From Candidatus Latescibacterota bacterium (GTDB taxonomy: Bacteria; Latescibacterota; CBDEFO01): 64,000 nucleotides of DNA. Under the pieces are notes generated by a model that saw only the letters and a program-made list of their open reading frames with translations, was not told the origin of the DNA and made no database searches. Position numbers and translations under genes: made by a program. Below, piece by piece: positions 20,218 through 30,905 of this stretch. Location of the stretch: assembly GCA_965237525.1 (NCBI GenBank), contig CBDEFO010000008.1, forward strand, positions 384,001 to 448,000. The letters run 5' to 3'. Each line of letters starts with the position of its first letter. Positions within the stretch are counted from its first letter, which is position 1.

Positions 20218-20246
20218 TTGACTCCACCTAATTCTTTCAGTATCTT
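20218..20246 (+). promoter_or_regulatory. Sigma70-type promoter with -35 inside the element C TIR
   Basis: TTGACT-17 bp-TATCTT, then a GAGGGGG RBS. Confidence 0.6.
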
Positions 20247-20269
20247 TACTCGGTAACGAGGGGGTGTAT

Positions 20270-21198
20270 ATGTCAAGTAAGACTCTGAGTTTATTTGAGT
20301 TAATGCAGATTTCCCCAGATGCCAAAAGCGCGAGAGAATATCTCGAATCAAGAGGATGGAAGGAACATACCATTTGCCCGCTCTGCGGTGATTATGAGCG
20401 CATCACCGCGAGAGGCGGGAAGCGCACTGGATATTATCGCTGTCGCGACTGTAACGAAGAGTTCACTGTGCGCACCAAAACCATCTTTGAGCGTTCCCAT
20501 GTTCCTCTTCATAAGTGGATATACACCATGTACATGGTGGTTACGGCTCGGAAAGGCGTCTCTTCCCTTCAGATGTCCAAAGAGATTGGCGTCACTCAGA
20601 AGACGGCGTGGTTCATGTTGCAGCGCCTCCGGGAAGCATGTGGCGACGATCTCTCGAAGCTGAATGGCATCGTTGAAATAGACGAACCCTATGTTGGCGG
20701 CAAGGAGGCCAACAAGCACGCATCGAAGAAGCTCCGAGCGGGGCGGGGAACAGTGGGGAAACAGGCCGTCTTGGGTTTTCGCGAGCGTGATGGCAAGTCA
20801 GTGGCGCGTCCGATTGCAGGCACGAACAGTGCCGTTCTTCATCGAGAAGTCGCCAAGACGGTTGAGTTGAGTTAGGCTCTGCGATTCATACTGACGACCA
20901 TCTCGGCTATCAGGCGCTTCTCGGCTATATTCACAAGCACATCCGTCACGGTGCAGGGGAGTATGTAGGCTCTGGCGATGTTACAACCAACAGCGTCGAG
21001 AGCATGTGGGCACTTTTCAAGCGCGGACTCTATGGCACATGGCATCAGGTCAGCCGGAAACATCTGGCGCGATATGTGAACGAATGCACGTTCCGCCTGA
21101 ATGAGGGCAATGTCAGATTCGATACCAAGGATCGACTGAACAGCTTCGCTGATCGCGCCTTTGGCCGTCGTCTCACCTATGCAAGGTTGACTGCGTGA
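20270..21198 (+). pseudogene. IS1595-family transposase, frameshifted by a 5-bp tandem duplication
   Basis: CPLC...CRDC, GVTQKTAWFML, EIDEPYVGG; GTTGA-GTTGA at 20861-20870; continues HTDD...TNSVESMW...YVNECTFRLN. Confidence 0.9.
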
Positions 21199-22274
21199 GC
21201 CCTCTACGAAAGCAAGTTCCAAAGGAGCTTGATCGAATTGTCGATCAAGTGCTTACCTACAACTGTCCAGCAGACAGGTCGGAAGACTTCCGCTTCATCG
21301 ACCTGTTCGCCGGGATCGGCGGAATGCGCCGCCCGTTTGAGGAAATCGGCGGGCGTTGCGTGTTCACGTCAGAGTGGGATCGGTTCTGCAAGGAAACCTA
21401 CACCGCGAACTTCCCGGAGCCAGCAGACAGCGATCACGAGTTCATTGGTGACATACGGCCTTGTGCGGTGAATCCGGAAACCGTGCCGACACATGATGTT
21501 GTGTTGGCCGGGTTCCCGTGCCAACCGTTTTCGATAGCCGGTGTGTCGAAAAAGAATTCGCTCGGTCATCCTCACGGCTTCCTGTGCGATACGCAGGGAA
21601 CGCTCTTCTACGATCTGGCAAAGATCATCGACTACCATCGGCCCTCGGCCTTTCTCCTTGAGAATGTGAAGAACCTTGCCCGGCATGACGGTGGTCGGAC
21701 ATTCACAACAATCATGCAGGTTCTTGAAAGTGAGCTTGGCTACAATGTGAGCACCCGAATCGTGAATTCCTCTCCGTGGGTCCCACAGAAGCGCGAACGG
21801 ATTTTCATGGTAGGGTTCAGGCAAAAGACGGCCTTTGATTTCGACGAACTGGCAATACCGACAGGTTGTGCACCGACTCTCGGAGCCATCCTCGATACGG
21901 ATGTTGACCCCAAGTACACACTCACCAAGCACATGTGGAATTACCTTCAGGGCTACAAGAAAAAGCATCGGGACGCAGGCAACGGGTTCGGCTATTCGCT
22001 GTTCGGCCCTGATGATGTTGCCCGCACTCTCTCTGCCCGCTACCATAAGGACGGATCGGAGATACTCATCAGACACAGGGGCAGGCGTCCCCGCCGCCTG
22101 ACCCCGCGAGAATGCGCACGTCTGATGGGATTCGAGAAACCCGGCAAGGCTGAGTTCAGGATTCCGGTGTCCGACACCCAAGCCTATCGACAGTTCGGCA
22201 ACGCCGTGGTTGTTCCCACTGTGCGGGCCGTGGCCCGACTCATGAGGCCCCACATTTCCATGAACCAGGCGTGA
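21195..22274 (+). CDS. dcm: DNA (cytosine-5) methyltransferase, Dcm/M.EcoRII-like
   Basis: FIDLFAGIGG, GFPCQPFS, LLENVKN, PQKRERIF, RTLSARYHKDGSEIL, QAYRQFGNAV. Confidence 0.95.
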   Translation: MSPLRKQVPKELDRIVDQVLTYNCPADRSEDFRFIDLFAGIGGMRRPFEEIGGRCVFTSEWDRFCKETYTANFPEPADSDHEFIGDIRPCAVNPETVPTHDVVLAGFPCQPFSIAGVSKKNSLGHPHGFLCDTQGTLFYDLAKIIDYHRPSAFLLENVKNLARHDGGRTFTTIMQVLESELGYNVSTRIVNSSPWVPQKRERIFMVGFRQKTAFDFDELAIPTGCAPTLGAILDTDVDPKYTLTKHMWNYLQGYKKKHRDAGNGFGYSLFGPDDVARTLSARYHKDGSEILIRHRGRRPRRLTPRECARLMGFEKPGKAEFRIPVSDTQAYRQFGNAVVVPTVRAVARLMRPHISMNQA

Positions 22275-22285
22275 CCAACTGATTC

Positions 22286-22759
22286 ATGGCTGCCGATAGT
22301 GTGACGCCGGATGTTCGCAGTCGGATGATGGCCGGGATCAGGGGCAAGAATACGAAACCGGAGTTGGCAATCCGGTCTGCATTGCATTGCCTCGGTTTCC
22401 GGTTTCGCCTACACCGCAAGGATCTGCCGGGAAAGCCCGACCTAGTGTTCGCGAAGCACAAGGCGGTGATTTTCGTTCACGGGTGTTTCTGGCACGGCCA
22501 TGACTGCCACCTGTTTAAATGGCCGAAGACCAAGGGTGAATTTTGGAAACAGAAGATCAATTCAAACATCGCGCGGGATCGCAAGCAGCTATTGGCCCTC
22601 GCGGACAGCGGATGGCGTGTGGCGGCGATCTGGGAATGCGCTCTCAAAGGCCGGACGCGCCTTCCGATTGAGGTAATCGCAGAGCGTTGCGCGATTTGGC
22701 TGGAATCGAACGAAAACGAACTGAGGTTGAGCGGTGATGAAACGTGGACAGCTGCGTGA
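22286..22759 (+). CDS. vsr: Very short patch repair endonuclease
   Basis: RSRMMAGIRGKNTKPE, LPGKPD, FVHGCFWHGH, IWEC. Confidence 0.95.
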   Translation: MAADSVTPDVRSRMMAGIRGKNTKPELAIRSALHCLGFRFRLHRKDLPGKPDLVFAKHKAVIFVHGCFWHGHDCHLFKWPKTKGEFWKQKINSNIARDRKQLLALADSGWRVAAIWECALKGRTRLPIEVIAERCAIWLESNENELRLSGDETWTAA

Positions 22760-23967
22760 CTATTTTGCTGGGGTGGGCGTAAAGAGGCTGTCTGCCGTGG
22801 ATGCCGACTCTACAAGATCAAGATCAAACCAGCACGAGGTGGGTACCACGTTAGACATGCGACGTCAGTTTCTTGGCGAGGATGATAAAACCCGATTTCC
22901 GGTGGTTTATGTCTGGCTGGGTCAGGAGCAGGACGGCTTTACAGCCCAAGGCGATGCGACTCATTACGATGCACGGGCAATGAAGACCGACCGGGGACCG
23001 GAGTGGCGTCTCTACTATTCTTCCAATCCGGTCACGGAAGCCATGCAGAAAGGCGACACGCTGTTTCTGGCGTTGACAACCGACCGGGTTCTCTACTTTG
23101 TCGTCGCGCCGGCAGGCTCGACCAGCGAACGGGAACTCTCCTGGCTCTTTAGTTTACACCCCGCTGGGATATCCTTCGTGTCGCGCGAGTTCGACGACGA
23201 CGAGCGGGAACTGGACTTTGCAGCCCGTTTCCTATTTGACGAGATTGGAATGGAGTTCGAGGAGCGGGACGCGGACAGACTTGACAGCATCATCGACAGG
23301 TTCGGCACGGCGTTTCCGAAAACTGTGGAGTTCTCGGATCTTGCCCGCCGTACCCTGTCTGAGGTTAGGGCCGAGGACGATCCCGATATAGCGCTTGTGG
23401 CTTGGATAGACCACGAGGAAGCGCTGTTTCGGCGTCTTGAACGACGGATTGTAGCGACACGTCTTGAGGAAGGATTTATCGATGGGAACGGGACCGATGT
23501 GGACGGTTTCATGCGGTTCTCGCTGAGTGTCCAGAACAGAAGAAAGTCGCGCATGGGTCATTCTCTGGAGCATCATCTGGAGGAGGTATTTCGAGCCTAC
23601 GACATTACGCATGTTCGTGGTGCCGTGACTGAGAACAACCAAAAGCCGGATTTTCTGTTTCCCAGCAAGGAAGCCTATCGGGCCGCTCCGGAAACCGGCG
23701 ATGCATGCCTGACCATGTTGGGGGCCAAATCCACCTGCAAGGATCGCTGGAGGCAGGTCCTAGCCGAAGCGGCGAAGATACCGAGAAAGCATCTTCTGAC
23801 GCTTGAACGAGGCATTTCCGAGCCGCAGACAACCCAGATGGCGAATTCAAGACCTGCAACTCGTTGTACCGCAATCGCGTCAGGGTAGCTATACGGACGA
23901 CCAACGGGCTTGGCTTTGGAATCTTGCGGAGTTCATTCGAGACGTAGAGGCTCGCGCGTGCAAGTAG
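22737..23967 (+). pseudogene. EcoRII-like type II restriction endonuclease, +1 frameshift at about 23850
   Basis: SNQHE, QNRRKSRMGHSLE, KPDFLFP, GAKSTCKDRWRQVL; the alternative frame gives DLQLVVP...WNLAEFI ending at TAG 23967. Confidence 0.88.
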
Positions 23968-24317
23968 ATGCATGTTCGTACATGTTGTATTCGTGCCCCT
24001 GAACATTGTCTTGTCCTCCGTCTTTTCAAGCCATTCGTTTGGGAGTCAACTATATAATTCCCTATTAATTGAAGGAAGAGGAAGGAAGATGATTTATGGG
24101 CATATTTCTAATCACCATTTCCTTAATACTGATTTACATAACAAGGTACGCATGGAACCATCCGCTGAATAGACCTCAAGCATTTCGATTTATGAGAAAG
24201 GTTTCTCTTCTTTCCATTGGGTTATTAATTGTCGGAATTTATGTAGCATTTAAGTGATTTTATGCATGGAATTAGTGAAATCCGGTTTGGATAAGCTATC
24301 CCAAGAGAGGGATAACA

Positions 24318-24698
24318 ATGTTAAGCAAGTGGGTTCCAATACGTTTCATAATAACGCAGTGGATACCGCTAATATTTATATTCGAGTTACCCAACAATTC
24401 GTGGGGTCTGTTAATAAAAATAGTGCTCGGATTGTGGCTTTTACAGACTCTCAAATCGGCGTTCTCACCTATGTTTGATAAACGAGTGTCTGGCTTTGGA
24501 GCAGGTATATTCTTGAAATCCCTTTGGTTTTCACTGATTTGGCTTTTAGCACCGCACTGGTCTATTTATATCTTCTTGTTTCTCCTTGTTAGCTCTTTCG
24601 ATACAATGTTTTGGATGATAGATAAACATAATAAAGAATATATGAGTGCTCTATACGATGAACTTAAAAAGAACGTAGAGGGCGAGGATGATAGATAA
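24318..24698 (+). CDS. Hypothetical membrane protein
   Basis: GAGG RBS, several hydrophobic segments, AT-rich. Confidence 0.55.
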   Translation: MLSKWVPIRFIITQWIPLIFIFELPNNSWGLLIKIVLGLWLLQTLKSAFSPMFDKRVSGFGAGIFLKSLWFSLIWLLAPHWSIYIFLFLLVSSFDTMFWMIDKHNKEYMSALYDELKKNVEGEDDR

Positions 24699-24752
24699 AC
24701 GTAATGAAGAATATATAAGTGCAGGAGAGTGAGATTTTAAAAGAGCTTGCCA

Positions 24753-26906
24753 CTAATTCACGGTGTTCTTGAAGTCCACAGTCCTGCCCTGACCGTCAGT
24801 CAGTCGCCCATCGTCCAGGACCTGGAGCAGGACGTTAAAGACATCTTGGTGCGCCTTTTCTATCTCATCCAACAATATGAGCTGATATGGACGCCTGCGC
24901 ACAGCTTCGGTCAACTGTCCGCCCTCTTCGTAGCTGACGTACCCCGGAGGCGCGCCGATCATCCTGGACACAGAGTGCTTCTCCATATATTCGGACATGT
25001 CAATCCTGACCATAGCCCCCTCATCGTCGAAGAGGAACTCGGCTAAAGCCCTTGCAAGCTCCGTCTTGCCCACGCCCGTAGGTCCCAAGAACAGGAACGA
25101 ACCTATGGGCCTCTTCTGGTCTCCCAATCCGACTCTGTTCCTGCGAACGGCGTTGGACACTGCCTCGACGGATTCGTCCTGCCCGATGACCCTTTTGTGG
25201 AGTCTGCCCTCCATATGAGTCAGCTTTTCTACCTCGCCCTCCAAGAGCCTGGAGAGGGGGATCCCCGTCCACTTGGCGACGACCTCGGCAACTTCCTCAT
25301 CGCTTACCTCCTCCCTTATTAAGGGCTTATGCTCCTGAATCTTTAGAAGCTTGTTATTTTCCGCCCCTAATTGTTCTCCAAGCTCGATCTGTTCTCCGTA
25401 TTTTAACCTTGCCGCCCGTTCGTAGTCACCTTCCCTTTCCGCTTCAGCCTCCTGGATCTTGACCTGTTCTATGCGCTCCTTGATCTGGCGTATCCTGGCC
25501 ACGACCTCCTTTTCCCGCTCCCACTGGCTCTTCAGAACACTTCTCTCCTCGTTCAGATCGGCCAATTCCTTCTCGATAGGCTTCAACCTCTCCGCAGCAT
25601 CCTTTTCCCTCTTTACGGCCTCGCGCTCGATCTCAAGCTGTCTCAACTTCTTTTCGATGACGTCCAACTCTTCGGGCATGCTGTCTATCTCGATCCTCAG
25701 TTCAGCCGCCGCCTCGTCGATCAGATCTATCGCCTTATCTGGCAGAAAACGATCCGTGATATACCTCTCCGAGAGGAGAGCCGCGGCCACCAGCGCCGAG
25801 TCCTCAACCCTCACGCCGTGATGAATCTCGTACCTCTCCTTAAGACCCCTTAAGATAGATACCGTATCCTCAACCGAAGGCTCGCTTACCAGTACGGGCT
25901 GAAATCTCCTCTCCAGTGCGGCGTCCTTCTCCACGTTCTCACGATATTCATCCAGCGTAGTCGCCCCGATGCACCTTAATTCCCCCCTTGCAAGGGCCGG
26001 CTTGAGCATGTTGGAGGCATCCATCGACCCCTCTGCTGCTCCCGCACCCACTATGGTGTGCAGCTCATCTATAAACAGGATGATGCTCCCACCGGCCTTC
26101 TCAACTTCCTTTAGAACGGCCTTTAACCTATCCTCAAATTCGCCCCTGAACTTTGAACCAGCGATCATAGATCCGAAGTCCAAGGCCACGACCTTCCTGT
26201 CCTTCAATGACTCAGGCACGTCCCCTGAAACGATCTTCTGAGCAAGACCCTCAGCTATAGCCGACTTGCCCACGCCCGGCTCTCCTATCAGTACAGGATT
26301 ATTCTTTTTCCTCCTGCTTAGTACCTTAATCACGCGTCTTATCTCATCCTCACGCCCTATAACGGGATCGAGTTCCCCCTGCCTTGCCAGCTCGGTTAAG
26401 TCCCGGCTGTATCTTTCTAGCGCCTGGTACTTCGACTCAGGATCGGGATCTGTCACCCTTTGACCTCCTCTTATCTTGGTCAACACATCAAATATCTTGT
26501 CTTTACTTACACCCAGCGACCTCAATATCCTTCCGCCCGGCCCATCATAGCCCTCGTCAGCGATAGCGATTAAAAGATGCTCTGTGGATATGAACTCATC
26601 CTTTATCCTGTCTGCCTCTTTCTCCGCAGCTCTCAATACTCTATTTAAGCCCTGACTCAGATAGGCCTGTCCCGTCCCGCCGTACATCCTCGGCAGGCGG
26701 TCCAGCTCGTCCACAACCTGTGACTTTACGACTGCCGGGTCTATATTCAACTTGCTCAAGATCTGCGGCGCAACACCGTCCGATTGATCCAACAGGGCAT
26801 ATAATAAATGTTCAGCTTCAATTTGACTTTGATTTCGATCCTCCGCATCCCTCTCTGCCGCAACGACAGCCTCCCGGGCTTTTTCTGTGAACTTATCGAT
26901 GTTCAT
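24753..26906 (-). pseudogene. clpB: Chaperone ClpB, C-terminally truncated (717 aa)
   Basis: Clp-N domain, GEPGVGKS, coiled M domain, GPTGVGKT; ends abruptly at [11 protein letters not shown] at the island junction. Confidence 0.9.
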
Positions 26907-26935
26907 GGGATAGATACCTTTTTTCCTTACACATG

Positions 26936-27059
26936 GGAAATTGCTTCGGGGCTTCGCCCCTTGCAATGACTAAGGGTGAAAGCCAAGCGATGTCATTGCG
27001 AGGCGGCGTGGCCGCTTTGCTGGCGAGGCAACAAGCCACGAAGTGCGAGAAGCAATCTC
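26936..27059. repeat. Inverted pair of GATTGCTTC...GCAATGAC palindromic repeats (BIME-like)
   Basis: ATTGCTTCGGGGCTTCGCCCCTTGCAATGAC and GTCATTGCGAG...GAAGCAATCTC; degenerate copies at 33918-33988 and 59983-60064. Confidence 0.7.
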
Positions 27060-27095
27060 AAGGATGCGCGACAGTGCCGCTGTGTACTGTCTACC

Positions 27096-29015
27096 TCACT
27101 CTACAACCTCGAAGTCCGCATCCACAGCGCCTTCGTCGTCTTTCTTCTTGCCGGCCGGCTCTTGCTGCTGCGGTTGTTCCTCTTGGCCGTCGCCTCCGGG
27201 CTGGCTCTGATCGGCTGCGGTCTCCTTGTACATCTCACCTGCCACCTGATGCCAGACCTGATTCAGCGCCTCACTGGCGGAGTTAATCTCGTTTACGTCA
27301 GATCCCTTGAGAGCCTCCTTAACCCGGCCGATAGCGGCTTCGAGCTTCGACTTCGAGTCGGGGCTGATCTTATCCTGCATCTCCTTTAGGTTCTTTTCCG
27401 TCTGATAGACCTGCTGATCGGCCTGATTTCTGGCGTTGATTTCCTCCCTATGTATTTTATCCTCAGACTCGTGCACTTTGGCATCTTTGACCATCCTTTC
27501 GACCTCAACCTCCGAAAGCCCTGAGGACGCCTCTATCCTTATGCTCTGCTCCCTTTCCGTGGCTTTATCCTTGGCAGACACGTTCAGAATGCCGTTCGCA
27601 TCTATGTCAAAGGTGACCTCGATCTGAGGCATGCCCCTTGGGGCGGGAGGCATGCCGTCCAGATGAAATCTGCCCAGCGTCCTGTTATCGACCGACATCT
27701 CGCGCTCACCTTGGAGCACGTGTATCTCCACCGATGTCTGGTTGTCATCTGCTGTGCTGAATATCTGGCTCTTCTTTGTGGGTATCGTCGTATTGCGCTC
27801 GATTAGCTTTGTAGTAACGCGCCCTAACGTCTCGATGCCAAGTGAAAGAGGAATCACATCCAAAAGCAGAACGTCCGTAACGTCTCCAGTGAGCACGCCG
27901 CCCTGAATGGCAGCCCCTAAGGCTACCACCTCGTCAGGATTGACGCCCTTGTGGGGTTCCTTTGCGAAAAGCTCCTTTACAAGTTGCTGTACCCTCGGCA
28001 TTCTGGTCTGTCCGCCCACTAATATGACCTCATCTATATCGGAGGGCGAAATTTCGGCATCTTTGAGCGCCTGTTGGCAGGGACCCATCGTCCTTTCTAC
28101 AAGATCGTCCACCAACTGTTCTAATTTAGCCCTCGTCAAATTTATGTTTAGGTGCTTAGGGCCAGTCTGGTCAGCTGTTATGAACGGCAGATTAATGTCT
28201 GTCTGTGTTGAGCTGGAGAGCTCACATTTTGCCTTCTCCACCGCCTCTTTGAGCCTCTGAAGCGCCATGGGGTCTTTTCTGAGGTCGATGCCCTCCTGCT
28301 TCTTAAACTCGTCAGCTAACCAGTTCATGATCTTTTCGTCAAAGTCGTCCCCACCCAGGTGTGTATCTCCGTTTGTAGCTTTGACCTCAAATACGCCATC
28401 GCCTAATTCCAGTATAGAAATATCGAACGTCCCACCCCCAAGGTCATAGACAGCTATCTTCTCATCCTTTTTCTTATCCAGACCGTAAGCTAAAGAAGCC
28501 GCTGTCGGCTCGTTGATAATCCTTAAGACTTCCAGCCCGGCGACCTTTCCGGAGTCCTTGGTCGCCTGCCTTTGACTGTCGTTGAAATACGCTGGAACCG
28601 TGATTACTGCCTGAGTCACCTTCTCTCCGAGATAGTCCTCAGCCGTCTGCTTCATCTTCTGGAGCACCATAGCCGAAATCTCAGGAGGCGTGTACTCTCC
28701 GCCTTCAACTTCCACAACCGCTAAATCGTTAGTCCCGCTTTCGACTTTGTAGGGAACCTCCTCTATCTCTGTACCAACTTCGTTATATCTGCGCCCCATA
28801 AAACGCTTTATGGAGTAGATAGTGTTCTTGGGGTTTGTGATAGACTGTCTTTTTGCGACCTGTCCGACAAGGCGTTCTCCCTCCTTTGTGAACGCCACCA
28901 CAGAGGGCGTTGTCCTTCCGCCCTCAGAGTTGGGTATCACAACCGGATCTCCGCCCTCCATCACGGCCACACACGAATTGGTCGTCCCTAAATCGATTCC
29001 TATTACCTTTCCCAT
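27096..29015 (-). CDS. dnaK: Molecular chaperone DnaK
   Basis: [25 protein letters not shown]; full-length Hsp70. Confidence 0.99.
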   Translation of the reverse strand: MGKVIGIDLGTTNSCVAVMEGGDPVVIPNSEGGRTTPSVVAFTKEGERLVGQVAKRQSITNPKNTIYSIKRFMGRRYNEVGTEIEEVPYKVESGTNDLAVVEVEGGEYTPPEISAMVLQKMKQTAEDYLGEKVTQAVITVPAYFNDSQRQATKDSGKVAGLEVLRIINEPTAASLAYGLDKKKDEKIAVYDLGGGTFDISILELGDGVFEVKATNGDTHLGGDDFDEKIMNWLADEFKKQEGIDLRKDPMALQRLKEAVEKAKCELSSSTQTDINLPFITADQTGPKHLNINLTRAKLEQLVDDLVERTMGPCQQALKDAEISPSDIDEVILVGGQTRMPRVQQLVKELFAKEPHKGVNPDEVVALGAAIQGGVLTGDVTDVLLLDVIPLSLGIETLGRVTTKLIERNTTIPTKKSQIFSTADDNQTSVEIHVLQGEREMSVDNRTLGRFHLDGMPPAPRGMPQIEVTFDIDANGILNVSAKDKATEREQSIRIEASSGLSEVEVERMVKDAKVHESEDKIHREEINARNQADQQVYQTEKNLKEMQDKISPDSKSKLEAAIGRVKEALKGSDVNEINSASEALNQVWHQVAGEMYKETAADQSQPGGDGQEEQPQQQEPAGKKKDDEGAVDADFEVVE

Positions 29016-29038
29016 TTTGCTATCCTCCTTTTAAACTG

Positions 29039-29311
29039 CTAAGCTGCGTTCTTAGACAAAGATTCATCCTTTTTGGACGATGTGGATTCTGAATTTTCCT
29101 TATCCGCCTTTTCCGCTTTCCTATAACTTTGGCTGCGATAGTCGGTGCAGTAAAAACCTGACCCTTTGAACAAAAATCCCGCGCCTGCGCCGATTAAGCG
29201 CTTGACCTTTTTGTCGCAAACCGGACATTCCTTAATAGGTTCTTCTGTAATACTCTGAAACCTTTCAAATCTCTTCCCACAGCTTTGACATTCGTACTCG
29301 TAAGTCGGCAT
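29039..29311 (-). CDS. FmdB-family zinc ribbon protein
   Basis: MPTYEYECQSCG...CPVC...FKGSGFY.TDY. Confidence 0.92.
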   Translation of the reverse strand: MPTYEYECQSCGKRFERFQSITEEPIKECPVCDKKVKRLIGAGAGFLFKGSGFYCTDYRSQSYRKAEKADKENSESTSSKKDESLSKNAA

Positions 29312-29741
29312 ATTTTGAACCTCCTTTAAGAATTCAGATTTGAGAATACGCACGTATAATACGTATACATAATACTATATACACGTAATACACGCATAAT
29401 ACGTGCCATTAGAGTAAAAATACCATTTACTTGCTTTATATCATTTATTTTAAGCACCTTATGTAACAGTGTAAGAAAAAGTTCTGACGTCGCCCTGTAA
29501 CTTTCTATCTGCCTATACGACAGATCCACTGTCATGATGACATATACATTACGTCAGACTATGGCATTTATGTCAAGTCTGAGGGAAGTGGTAGACAGGA
29601 GAGACTCGACGCTTGCCGTTAAGATGGAGAAGGTGTATTCATCATGGATTAACTATAGGAATATTAGTTCATCAGTGATGAAAAGATTTGACTCTGCAGA
29701 ATCCCCATTTATATTTATGCATATCAAAAGGAGGATCCACC

Positions 29742-30212
29742 ATGGGATTTGTGAACATAAACACACAGAGGAAGATATTAGATTCAATTCAGTCAGTTTT
29801 GAAGCAGAAACGATGGTCATGGGGTCAATTGGCAAGTGAAGTCGGGATCGCTAAATCGTATATCAGTCAGATCAAGACAGAGACAAATCGTTTGAACGTA
29901 GAAGTCCTTGAGAAGATAGCAAACGCATTGGAGATTCCTGTAGTCTATCTCCTGCCGAAAGCTCCCCTGACCTCTGAAAACCGGAAGCTCATCCTTTCTC
30001 TTTTACAGCTTCCAGACGACATCAGTGATGAGAAACTTCTGAAGATAGCTGAGATAACCAGATTTCTCTCCACCAGGTCACTCCAGCAATTAGATGCGCT
30101 CCTTGCGTTTCTCTCTCCATCGGCATACTCAGAAGGCATTTCTGCAGAGGCTGCCGGTTATGCGAAGGTTGCTGATCAACCTGGAAAATACAACAAGTCC
30201 CAGGACTCATAG
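29742..30212 (+). CDS. XRE-family HTH transcriptional regulator
   Basis: SWGQLASEVGIAKSYISQI...LEKIANALEIPV; AGGAGG RBS. Confidence 0.85.
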   Translation: MGFVNINTQRKILDSIQSVLKQKRWSWGQLASEVGIAKSYISQIKTETNRLNVEVLEKIANALEIPVVYLLPKAPLTSENRKLILSLLQLPDDISDEKLLKIAEITRFLSTRSLQQLDALLAFLSPSAYSEGISAEAAGYAKVADQPGKYNKSQDS

Positions 30213-30695
30213 ACCCACAACGGCCTTATGATCCACAGGGCTAAACGTACTGGTTCTACAGGACCCCCGCTCTGAAGTCCTCCGCATTCATCGGCAGAAG
30301 CAGTTACTCCTACGTAATAAGTAAACTTTGATAACTCCTTCATAGGATATCTATTTTTAGCCACCGCTTTCAGCCCCGCTTAACACAGACACTCCGCAGG
30401 CGGGGCTTCAAAACGCGCCCTGGGCCAAAGGGGAACAAATCGCCTTTGGAGACCCCACAGTAGAAGCGGATGGCATTCATCCAAACTCACCAGTGTTGGT
30501 ATTCTCCAATTATGTTTATAAAGGAGGCAGTTAATTTTTGCTTATATCTACATCAGCAACTAATTCATGTAATACGAAACTTATTCTTGATATTTCATTA
30601 CTCATGAACTATATTTATCAACGAGACAGGCTGAAATGAAGAGTTCAAACTGAGGTTCGCTACTGCAAAGATAAAAGATCCTTGAGATAAGGTTA

Positions 30696-30905
30696 GTGCT
30701 GTTGAGAAAGATTACAAAACACCAGTTAGAGGCACTGGAACTGAGAGTCCAGGGTCTTACGTACAAAGAGATAGCCGAGAGAATGGGAACCCGTCGAGAC
30801 AGCGCCCGGCAGTCGGTCGCATCCGCTATGATCAGGATTCGAAGTTGGTATGCGTCCGATCGTAACTGCGGTATATCGCTTGTTAAAGAGTCGAGAAAAC
30901 GTTAA
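30696..30905 (+). CDS. Small LuxR/sigma70-r4-like HTH protein
   Basis: ALELRVQGLTYKEIAERMG. Confidence 0.65.
   Translation: MLLRKITKHQLEALELRVQGLTYKEIAERMGTRRDSARQSVASAMIRIRSWYASDRNCGISLVKESRKR

Larger units (their letters stand above)
20205..24062 (+). mobile_element. IS1595-family element C carrying dcm-vsr-EcoRII-like RM genes
   Basis: TIRs GGGAATTATATACTTGACTCC (20205-20225) and GGAGTCAACTATATAATTCCC (24042-24062) match at 20/21; no TSD (TAATAAAA/TATTAATT). Confidence 0.92.

Noticed and set aside
20861..20875. Programmed frameshift in the element C transposase
   Set aside because: The lesion is a 5-bp tandem duplication, not a slippery site, and the related transposases in A and B are single ORFs
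15291..24062. Composite transposon formed by the outer ends of elements B and C
   Set aside because: The TIRs are related, but B has its own TSD and the outer flanks (CAAAGATT / TATTAATT) do not match
24747..29092. Numerous plus-strand ORFs opposite clpB and dnaK (similar ones lie opposite the dcw genes)
   Set aside because: Antisense shadows of conserved genes with no independent motifs
29312..29740. CIRCE operator upstream of dnaK
   Set aside because: No TTAGCACTC-N9-GAGTGCTAA match seen
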